From Phoronis australis (taxonomy: Eukaryota; Animalia; Phoronida): 34,753 nucleotides of DNA. The notes below the pieces were generated by a model. That model did not search any database. It was not told the DNA's origin and saw only the letters and a program-made list of their open reading frames with translations. The position numbers were made by a program, and so were the translations under genes. Position 1 is the first letter of the stretch. Every line of letters starts with the position of its first letter. The stretch lies in NCBI GenBank assembly GCA_002633005.1, contig NMRA01000211.1, positions 126,419-161,171 on the forward strand. Direction: 5' to 3'. Of the stretch, positions 1 to 9,279 are shown one piece after another.

Positions 1-1140
1 CAAACACACTAAAACTGCACACATTTAAATCTTGTTTCAGCTGTATAATGTTAATTACCGGGGTTAATTAATTAAATAAACTCAACATTTCTGGCCTACG
101 CTCTTGCTGTTTTATTTTTTGCGGCAGCCAACAAAGGGGGGGGGGGCTAAATCTGCCTATGTTGCGTCACCGAAACTGCTTGCTGAGAGTAGCCCATAGC
201 CGTAGTTTTGGACATTCGTGGGTACCCAGGAAAGAATATGTATCTGCGGGATAGTAGAACACCAGTGTGCGACTCGATGTTCGTAGCCGCTTAGAAGTAA
301 CTGCATGAGGATTCTCGCGGTGACGGAAGACAGAAGTCGAGTATGTAATAAGTTTGTGCCTTAATCAAATGAGAATGGTTTTTGATCTTTCAAACCTAAC
401 ATTTCGTTATCCCGACTACTCGAGATTCCATGGTTAGTCGAATAGGAAAGCCTAATCTGACACCAAATACATAAACATACGTTAAGTTATCTGAATCAAA
501 TTTTGTTAACTTTTCACGATGGATTCATTTCTCACTGGTCTGAACTCCTCTCGTGAAATTCTTTGTCTGCCAGCAATTACCGCACAGTGCTTATCGGTGC
601 GTACCAATCCACAACCGGGTATACTTGCATTAGTCGCCTGTGTTACTCTAAAATGTAACGAGTTTTTTACAGGAGTCTAAACTGAGGCTTACGACCACTT
701 ATCTTGAGTTTTGGGGTGTTGAAACTCCGTTAGATTCTGTGTATAAAACGTCGTTAGCGGATTATGTTTTAGCGAAACGGACCACCTCCACCTTTTGGTT
801 AAAGTGTAGTTTCGCAACTAGCGACGACGCTAGATGGCGACTGATTTGCGGGGAACCCGGTAGCAATAGTAGAATGGGTGCGTGGCTACTGAAAGCCAAT
901 TCGGTTGTGGAGAGGCCCAACCAAGAGTAGCCTAAGCTCCAGGCTCTCTAGTTTTCAGATTCACCTCTAGGGGTATTAACGTACGGACCGCCCACTTTTT
1001 TAGTACCCCAGAATTCATTTATGGTAGTTTCTTCTAAAAAAGTGTTCTCTTCCGTTGGAACTCGTGAGAAAAAGCTACACGCGTTTATACAAACTAACCC
1101 AGGGAAACATCTCTCTCCTGCCACCGTGGATCATGTAGGT

Positions 1141-1173
1141 CTACCGTGCCAACGGGTCGCTTTTCACCCCACT
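1141..1173 (-). CDS. Terminal coding exon (SGVKSDPLAR*) of a minus-strand membrane-protein gene
   Basis: Strong acceptor cctctccttttacag on the minus strand ending at 1174. Phase-0 reading AGT GGG GTG AAA AGC GAC CCG TTG GCA CGG TAG matches the phase of the upstream donor after 1313. Confidence 0.65.
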   Translation of the reverse strand, partial: SGVKSDPLAR

Positions 1174-1312
1174 CTGTAAAAGGAGAGGTACTGTATTCTG
1201 ATTTTCAAGGTGCGCGTTTAACGGACCGTCAAAAATAATGCAGCACGTGACCCCTATTTAGTGCAGCTGCACCTCCAAAAGAGGTGTCACTTTGTGATAC
1301 GTCTGCTCTTAC

Positions 1313-1459
1313 CGCCATGACGTCATCCTGTCCCGGACAGCAACAAGAGACACCTATCAGGAACATGGACAAGTAAAGCTGTATGCCACCCAGAAGACTG
1401 GACACAATTAGTCCTGATGCCAAGAACTTCTTCCTTGGATCGTCTTTGTTGTCCAAATA
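1313..1459 (-). CDS. Internal coding exon (YLDNKDDPRKKFLASGLIVSSLLGGIQLYLSMFLIGVSCCCPGQDDVMA): transmembrane helix plus CCC motif, resembling the last helix of MS4A/CD20-like tetraspan proteins
   Basis: 147 nt, open, phase 0/0. Acceptor acctattccag, donor GCG|gtaaga. Overlaps ORF 1229..1456(-). Long hydrophobic stretch followed by Cys-Cys-Cys. The family assignment is by eye only. Confidence 0.72.
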
Positions 1460-1605
1460 CTGGAATAGGTGTGTTATCAGTCGACTTCAAGAGGCACAAA
1501 ACGCGGTTTAGCGTACTCTAAAGCATTTCACGTACCCGAACAAAACTGCATTACAAGTTGCGTTTCTGGTACGAATTTACACGGCAACTTCTTTGTCAGT
1601 TGCTC

Positions 1606-1715
1606 TTGATGATTCAGCACCGACTAGAGGATTCCTCCAACTTGTTCATAACTTTCGAGGATTGGCGACTTAACAGTATTAATTAATTTGTTTAAAAATC
1701 ACACTGTATGTCGTG
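1606..1715 (+). repeat. 110-bp segment duplicated at 6162-6271 (unoccupied Academ target site)
   Basis: ttgatgattcagcacc...ctgtatgtcgtg is identical to 6162-6271 except one substitution (ctccaac vs ctcaaac). Confidence 0.95.
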
Positions 1716-1891
1716 ATCCTATTGTAGTTAATGCCAGCTGATAGACAAAACAGAATTTAGCATCCTCCTAAAAATAAAAAAATGGGAACAAATTCTGTAC
1801 GAGTCTTTAGATGTAGGAGTTTTAGTTATCTATCGCACGATTCTCCTATACCTCCAAATAGTAAATTTGTATCATTTTTTTCAATACTTAC

Positions 1892-1987
1892 GTCTGTGAC
1901 TACATACCAGCCATACCAGCCACTAAATGTAGTTTGCATGCTACACGATATCAAAGCAAAGGTACCAAAAGAAAGAACTGCACATAC
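1892..1987 (-). CDS. Internal coding exon (VCAVLSFGTFALISCSMQTTFSGWYGWYVVTD) of the same membrane-protein gene
   Basis: 96 nt, open, phase 0/0. Acceptor ttaattgcag, consensus donor GAC|gtaagt. Hydrophobic N-half. Joins in frame to 1459-1313. Confidence 0.7.
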
Positions 1988-2607
1988 CTGCAATTAATGA
2001 ATAGCATGTCACTCACTACAGTTAATAACGTTTGATGGATAAACACTCTTAATAATTAGCGGCAATCTGATCTCGCTTCAGGAGTCAGTTGATGTAATAG
2101 ATGACCCAGGCCATGAGTAAAGTACAAAACGTCAATGCTACAGGGTTCATAGTCAAACCCAATGACCAGAAAATATACCGGTACAATCGTCCGGTACTTC
2201 GTATCTCATGAGACACCTTCGGAGAAGATCCATAAAGGGTTAACTCGACGAACTCGAACAGAAAAGGACTTGATCACACACTGACGCCTACATCCGACCT
2301 GTAACCACTCAACTAGTGCAAAATGCGGGAAAAACAGTGTTCTACTGATTGATTACAAGGGAGACCAACCTGCCGCTAATATAGAGTTCTTCTGTTAAGG
2401 CTATTAGAAACGAATGGAACGTCGTTGTTGTCAACAAAACTTGTCTGGTGAAAAATTTAATGTCTCAATACTCTGGTTTACAGTTTTGTGCGATTTTTAT
2501 GCTTTCAATTAGTGTACATGTTTCCACTTAATTATTGTTATTTTCATCTCTCCGGAGTATCATATGTCACTAAACATTTTGAGGTTTTGCTGAAGTTCTT
2601 CAATTCN

Positions 2608-5600
2608 CAGACAACAGTACCCAAGCAGGTGACATCAGGTCCGAGACCCGCATGATGTTGACCTCCAGTTCATTGTTCTTGTAATGTTATTTTGAATGAG
2701 ATTTACTAATTTAGGTATGTGCTTTTTGAGTAACTATGTATATGAAAATATCCTAAATTGATTTAACTGATTGGAGATAATCATATCGCGTTTGGTGGTG
2801 GGCCGACCCAAAAAACCTCGCCTCATTTTCGAATAGGTGGAAATTCCTGAGATTTCCACAAACCTTTGAGTAAAATGCGATTTCACGCCTATACACATTT
2901 CCTGATGCCGTTAAGTTCCATTGCCAGACGTAATTTTCATGTTTATTGCCCCTACAGCCCTAATGGGTAATAGACTATTGAAATCACTGATAAAAGCGTG
3001 TCAAGTTTATAGTCCCTGTAACCCCTAAGATTCTATCACGAATATTTCGCGTTATGACTTTTGGTGGACTTCAGCACATCTGAAGACAGGAGCATGGATT
3101 TCCTGTTTAAATCAATACAGTAGCTATTCTCATAAATACAATGTAAGTTGTTTAATAAGGCATAAGAGACTAATTTTTCCAACAGCCCTATTCCGATAAA
3201 TAATATCTACAAAAATTACACTTTGATTTCGCAGTAGATTCTTCCCAAGGCCAAGTTGTTTGAGTAATGCCCTACTCCAGAGTCACCACTAGTAATTGCC
3301 TGACAACCGATTGTTCTAAAACTTTATTGAAAGCAGTTGAGATAACGTACATTTTCTGAATAACAAGCCATAGGCACAATTAATAGAAATGTTTCGAAGA
3401 CGGCTGGTTACCTGAGCTGAAACGATACATCAGCTCTCGTTAAATTACTATGACGTATTCATACTGCCTGCTTCAGGCCACTGCAGGCCTCAGTGGCTAC
3501 AGTTGATAGGGCTGATTACTTTCTTCAAGCTTCGCACTTGACTCGAAAATGACATGCACATCTCTGGCAAAGCTTCAGGAAGAACCCTTTCTTATTGTGG
3601 GAAATGACGGTGCAGTTTTCGACCAACATCTTTCTCCGGCTGGAAAAGTGATAACCAAACAAGAAGTCCAAAATTTGATTTCTGAAATGTGATTTTACTG
3701 ATCTTGATGTTCGTCCTTGCTCATAGCGAAGGCAACTTGCCACTGTACATTGATGTCCTTGAATTTCTTGTGCTCTATTTCCTTGCTCTTGACCTTCAAA
3801 ATTATGCAAGATGGGTCCCTTTCCACATCCAAGACATGACAGCTATGTCAGCTAACGTATGACAACATCTGAAGAAACACTGGATGTTTTCAAAGACACA
3901 GTAAAGATTCTGTGCTATTGCAATTGACCAAGCGGATCAACAAAATAATGCCTTAGTCAAAGACAGTGATGGGGCTATTGGATTAACTGAAAATCCAAAC
4001 GCTTTGACAGAGTAGTGTTTGGGAACGAGCTAGCCTGGTTGGTGACTGAGTTTGATTGTCAATAGTGTTTTGAAGACAATAGTGAGGAGACAAGCCACCA
4101 CAAAGACAGGACATCCTTCCAGAACAACTTTAAAAACCATGTGAACAGTTTGTGTGGTATAAGATGTAATTTCAGCCAAGAGAAACCCTTTCTTTGTCCA
4201 TGGTGATAAACTTATGACGATAGATACGCTACAAGTCTTCAGATTATCGAAGTGACTGGAAAACAGCAATATGACAACTATAAGCAAACAGTCCTAATTG
4301 TAAAGTCACAACCAATAAAGGCTCCTATCAAGAAAAAACAAGTATGCCGTTTTCAAAAAAGCTAGCGGGAAGGCAAAAAGAGCAACTCAGCAACGCATGG
4401 ATGACATCAAGAAAGACTGCAGCTTAGTCAGCTTTTTGTAGCTAGTCAATTTCTAGAAGCTAACCTGCATGATTTTCTTATGCATGAGAATCATTCTTGG
4501 CCACCATCCCTGAACCAAAACGGCAGTCTTCGTTTACCTTCACAGAAGTCACAGTTACTTAACATGTTGGAATTTCCTCATCTAGACGTTCCTGAATCCG
4601 TCGATGTCAAAGTCTTTGATCGACCAGCTATTGTGCACAGCTTTTCTCCACACGAATCAGTGACATTGGAACAGTTCGGTGGGCACATTCTAAACTTCAC
4701 AACTGTAGAGTTGACATTGTGTTTGCAGATGCTTACACCGAAGGCAGCTTGAAGGCCACCGCAAAAGCTGATAGAGGTTCGGGTGACCTTGCCTAAGTTT
4801 CACCCCAAATGCGACTGTCTGAACTTCCAGAATTTCTTGCAAAACTCGAAGAATAAAGAGGAATTGTTTGTCAATCGCCTGTTTTCCAGAACAAGATATA
4901 TATATATATATTACCTACGGCCAGTCTGTTCTTTCGTCTGGTTCTGACATACCGCCGTGCGATCATGAGGAGTCGGACTCCCCTATGGGCTTGTACATTG
5001 CAGACGTTTCATCAAAGGTAATCAGAGAATACTGGTTACTACAGTGGATACTGATTTTGTGGTCGTTCTTATTGGTGTTTTGATTAGTTTAAGGCTTTGC
5101 AGCCAGCATTTCTATTACGGGTAGTGGTTAAAGCTGGAAAGAACGCGCGGGAGCTCTTTGCCAGTAGCGTGTTTGACCAGCTTGGGTACGATTTGTGTGT
5201 AGCTCTACCAGTTTCATGCCTTAACAGGGTCGGATACAACATCCCAGTTCTATGGAGAAGGAAAGAAAACAGCATGGAAGACATGGAAAGCTAACCCTGA
5301 TGCCATTCTCATGCCGGCAATTTTAATTCCTTTCAGCAACTCACCATCGACAGTCAGGAGTTCAAAACAAATGACATTTACATGTCTCGTTTATCATCGA
5401 AAAGCCAAAACCAGCCAGGTCAATACTTTACAAAAGGAGCTTTCCCCCAAAAGCTCAGATCATGCCAAATTTATCGCTTACCCAATCTCCACTGATAAAG
5501 AATGTTAACAAATGCTTGTATCAAGCAGGCAGAGGGGTCCAGAGGGGTTTGGATGGTAGAGAGACACAGACCAACAATGGACACCAGGCTGGACAGACAT

Positions 5601-6161
5601 GCCTGAAGTCTCCAAAGCTGGTAAGCTGTTTCATTAAGTGTGGTTACAAGAGTTTACAACTATGCGGCAAGTGATGTGGATGTGATTCCTTAGCATGCAC
5701 AACGCTTAGCAAATGCCAGGGAACATGTCAGCGACATCGNATAAATCGAGTTCATTTTTGGTAAGAGAACCTATTTGTTTTTGTATTATTAGTCTTGCAC
5801 CAGATCAAAATAGATGCTTTTGTAAAAATTGTAGTTGGTTCCTTAAATTTTGGCCGCCATATTGGATTTATGCAAATGAGGGGTTTTCATATTATAAGGA
5901 AAATATATTGCAATGTCATTTTGATAGAATTCTAGTTAAGAAAGTACCATTACCTAGCCTTAAAATGTGTGATCACCTCTTTAAGCAACCAAAGAAGTGT
6001 TACTTGGCGGCCATTTTGTTTTTCAATGTTTGACCTTGACCTTGACCTCAAAATTTGGGCAACCGACCCCCATGAGATTCAGCATGTCAAAAAATACCAG
6101 TGTGCCAAATTTGGTGCTTTAATCCGAGGTGTAAACGTTTTCGGGTTAAGGGCCTGGACTA
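2608..6161 (+). mobile_element. Academ (AcademX-type) DNA transposon, decayed; left end missing at the assembly gap
   Basis: Degenerate transposase, XPG-like and Cys-rich coding remnants, followed across N5740 by a non-coding end (gaccttgaccttgacc, tgtgccaaatttggtgcttt). The end terminates ...gggcctggaCTA exactly where host flank sequence resumes, and a TA end fits the YR terminus known for Academ. The left boundary is uncertain. Confidence 0.78.
3485..5735 (+). pseudogene. Frameshifted, stop-riddled Academ transposase with XPG/FEN1-like nuclease and C-terminal Cys-rich (CXC) domain
   Basis: Hand translation gives ADYFLQASHLTRK*HAH (~3510-3560), EGNLPLYIDVLEFLVLYFLALDLQNYARWVPFHIQDM (~3728-3838), FCAIAIDQADQQNNALVKDSDGAIGLTENPNAL (~3908-4005), CDHEESD (4958-4978), TVDTDFVVVLIG (~5041-5076), FHALTGSDTTSQFYGEGKKTAWKTW (~5212-5286) and CFIKCGYKSLQLCGK*CGCDSLACTTLSKCQGTC (~5627-5728). 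The motifs are in the order expected for this protein family. Confidence 0.88.
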
Positions 6162-6271
6162 TTGATGATTCAGCACCGACTAGAGGATTCCTCAAACTTG
6201 TTCATAACTTTCGAGGATTGGCGACTTAACAGTATTAATTAATTTGTTTAAAAATCACACTGTATGTCGTG
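6162..6271 (+). repeat. Right flank of the Academ insertion; copy of 1606-1715
   Basis: 109/110 identical to 1606-1715; ends at N6272. Confidence 0.95.
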
Positions 6272-6874
6272 NGCGGACTGTATAATCAATTCCAGTGACT
6301 CACCCATCACAGATTAGTTAATTAATTTTGCCTGGCATTGCTTGTCGTCGCGGAACGTTCGATATGACTTTTGCGTTTGTTATACATGTAGTGAATCGCC
6401 AGAGGCGTTTAATTTTCCGGCAGTACCGTCAATGAAAGCAAGTTCACATGGATTATTGGGCACCCACTGTACTTTTTGCTACACGCAGGTATATAACTGG
6501 TTGACTTGTGACAAACGTTTGTTTTGTGAGAAAACATCAGTCAAGCCAAATCGAATATCGGCCTTTGTCACTAAGTGTAAGCTTGCCACTTTGCCAGATG
6601 AAAGGAAGCTCAGTTGTAGGGTCATTTTGGAAATGGTTGCGATAAAATCTCACCAAATCAGGCCACAATATGGCAGATATGTGATGTTTTATTTTTGCAT
6701 TATTTTCATAGAAGATAAGGAACACAACATCTGGTTAAACCTCATCAATAAGGGACAAAAATGATTGCTGAAATTGCGTTTTTTTGTTATTTCTGAGGGT
6801 TTCTACCATTGCTTGGAATGTCCACAGTTATTCAGGATATTTTCTGATGGTACGTAGCTGTGATACAGAACTTG

Positions 6875-6981
6875 ATCTTAGCAAAGCTTCACATGTTTTA
6901 GATATAAAATGTGAAAATAACGTTTCGCCTTTCATCTTGGCAATGCTTCATATGTTTTAGATATAAAATGTGAAAATAACG
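6875..6981 (+). repeat. Local direct duplication, ~48 bp x2, period 59
   Basis: atcttagcaaagcttcacatgttttagatataaaatgtgaaaataacg vs atcttggcaatgcttcatatgttttagatataaaatgtgaaaataacg. Confidence 0.85.
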
Positions 6982-7172
6982 ACCTCTCCGCCGTAATGTG
7001 TCCTAAACTGTTGAGATTTTACTGTGATTGGTTCTTCATGATAGCATGTTTTGAGAAATTTTGGCGATTTGCATCTGTTTTATAAATTCTAGAAGACTGA
7101 AAAACGAAAGAAGTTTGGCATTTATTTTTTCGAGATTTTCCATAGGTGTGTCATGATTTGTACACGCTTTCA

Positions 7173-7318
7173 GCAATATTACATACATGCAGTGGGCAGT
7201 ATTACATACATGCAGTGGGCAGTGTTACATGCATGCAGTGGGCAGTATTACATACATGCAGTGGGCAGTATTACATACATGTAGTGGGCAGTATTACATG
7301 CATGCAGTGGGCAGTATT
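7173..7318 (+). repeat. 23-bp minisatellite, ~6 copies (gcagtattacatrcatgcagtgg)
   Basis: Direct tandem copies; explains ORFs 7146 and 7187. Confidence 0.95.
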
Positions 7319-7644
7319 CAGGGCTTGGAATTTTCCGCGGAAACGCTGATTTCCGCTTTTTTCAAATGTTCTGTCCGCGCTTTTTATTATACTTCCGCGT
7401 AAAAAATCGGATTTGATATAAAATTTATATGGCAAATTCCTTTCTTACCGCGGCGTTGCAGACGACGTTCACCTCGAAAAGCGGAAGTTGCTCTTTATGT
7501 TTTGGAGGAACCTAAATTGTCAACATTGCCGTGGCATCTGGGACAGCGTGGTGGGATTTTCAATGGCGTCTCGTGTTATTGTTAAGCGCGGCGACAAACA
7601 CTACCGCTCTGCAGCCAAAAATGTGTGGGTTGGGAGTGGACGGG
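7319..7644 (+). mobile_element. One end of a probable TIR DNA transposon/MITE (hAT-like CAGGG terminus) inserted in the minisatellite
   Basis: Abrupt switch mid-unit (gcagtatt|cagggcttggaattttccgcgg) to CpG-rich sequence with repeated ttccgc motifs. Truncated at N7645, after which the same minisatellite resumes. Confidence 0.55.
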
Positions 7645-7645
7645 N

Positions 7646-7748
7646 GGGCAGTATTACATGCATGCAGTGGGCAGTATTACATGCATGCAGTGGGCAGTAT
7701 TACATGCATGCAGTGGGCAGTGTTACATGCATGCAGTGGGCAGTATTA
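7646..7748 (+). repeat. Same 23-bp minisatellite, ~4.5 copies
   Basis: Direct tandem copies of gggcagtattacatgcatgcagt. Confidence 0.95.
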
Positions 7749-7760
7749 TGACGCTGTTTC

Positions 7761-9279
7761 TCATGGAGTACACTTGTTAATAACTTGATATCCTACCAGT
7801 ATCAACACTGCTAAAGGTTTTGCTTGCTTTTATTCCACTATTCCTTCCAGCTGTGTTTAGCTTGCTAAATGTGTTAGCAAATGTTCATCTCTAATTTTTA
7901 TTGGTGTTGGTACAGCCCACAGTCGCTCTGCTTTTTGAATTGTGAAAACGGTTTGCTTACTGAAATGTTAGGCACAGATATCCTTTAAAGTTGCCAAGTT
8001 TCAACTTTTTGATCAACTTCTGAAAGCATCATTGCAATTGTCTTGTATTCACTCAAGACTTGTTTTCCATTTTGCTGATCTACTGTGCTGTAAACGATAG
8101 CAGCGTTTCTGTGTAAAAATGGGTGGAATTAATCTTGTGTGTTTTTTAAGGACATAAATTTATTGGCATTTTGGCTTCCTCCCTATTTGGCTGGATCAAT
8201 ACCAGGAAAAGTTATTCATGACCTACAAGTTTTGTTGGTTCAATGAAAATTGCGATCATTATATCAGTATTTCTGGGATTTCAAAATAAGTTGAGAATGC
8301 CACTAGAATGCACGGCACGGCACGCTGATGGGCCTTGCCTGTAACCATGTGAATCATGTCTTGATACATGTCCGACAGCTCTGCTCAGGCTTGACTTGGC
8401 TGGTCATGACTATCCCTTGACATTTACATGTAAATCAATAATGCTTGTCAGCAAATTGTGTGGTTTTTCTAATGGGGTCACACTTGANGTCATGGAGTAC
8501 ACTTGTTAATAACTTGATATCCTACCAGTATCAACACTTGTTAATAACTTGATATCCTACCAGTATCAACACTTGTTAATAACTTGATATCCTACCAGTA
8601 TCAACACTGCTAAAAGTTTTGCTTGCTTTTATTCCACTATTCCTTCCAGCTGTGTTTAAATTGCTAAATGTGTTAGCAAATGTTCATCTCTAATTTTTAT
8701 TGGCGTTGTACAGCCCACAGTCGCTCTGCTTTTTGAATTGTGAAAACGGTTTGCTTACTGAAATGTTAGGCACAGATATCCTTTAAAGTTGCTAAGTTTC
8801 AACTTTTTGATCAACTTCTGAAAGCATCATTGCACTTGTCTTGTATTCACTCAAGACTTGTTTTCCATTTTGCTGATCTACTGTGCTGTAAACGATAGCA
8901 GCGTTTCTGTGTAAAAATGGGTGGAATTAATCTTGTGTATTTTTAAGGACATAAATTTATTGGCATTTCGGCTTCCTCCCTATTTGGCTGGATCAATACC
9001 AGGAAAAGTTATTCATGACCTACAAGTTTTGTTGGTTCAATGAAAATTGCGATCATTATATCAGTATTTTTGGGATTTCAAAATAAGTTGAGAATGCCAC
9101 TAGAATGCACGGCACGCTGATGGGCCTTGCCTGTAACCATGTGAATCATGTCTTGATACATGTCCGACAGCTCTGCTCAGGCTTGACTTGGCTGGTCATG
9201 ATTATCCCTTGACATTTACATGTAAATCAATAATGCTTGTCAGCAAATTGTGTGGTTTTTCTAATGGGGTCACACTTGA
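7761..9279 (+). repeat. Tandem near-identical ~730-790 bp duplication across N8488 (7761-8487 vs 8490-9279); probable uncollapsed haplotypes
   Basis: Colinear copies differ by scattered SNPs and small indels, by gcacg copy number, and by 1 vs 3 copies of a 35-bp unit. The junction is exactly at an N. Confidence 0.93.
8500..8604 (+). repeat. 35-bp tandem repeat x3 (cacttgttaataacttgatatcctaccagtatcaa)
   Basis: Three perfect copies; single copy at 7771-7805. Confidence 0.95.

Noticed and set aside
1606-6271. 110-bp direct repeats as LTRs or a giant TSD
   Set aside because: No TG..CA ends or retroelement genes. Host exons lie between the copies and the second copy ends at an N, so an allelic flank is the better explanation.
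6342-6764. 140-aa ORF
   Set aside because: Starts at a non-ATG codon, shows no recognisable motif and has non-coding-like composition.
7146-7788. ORFs with MQWAVLH repeats
   Set aside because: Translations of the 23-bp minisatellite.
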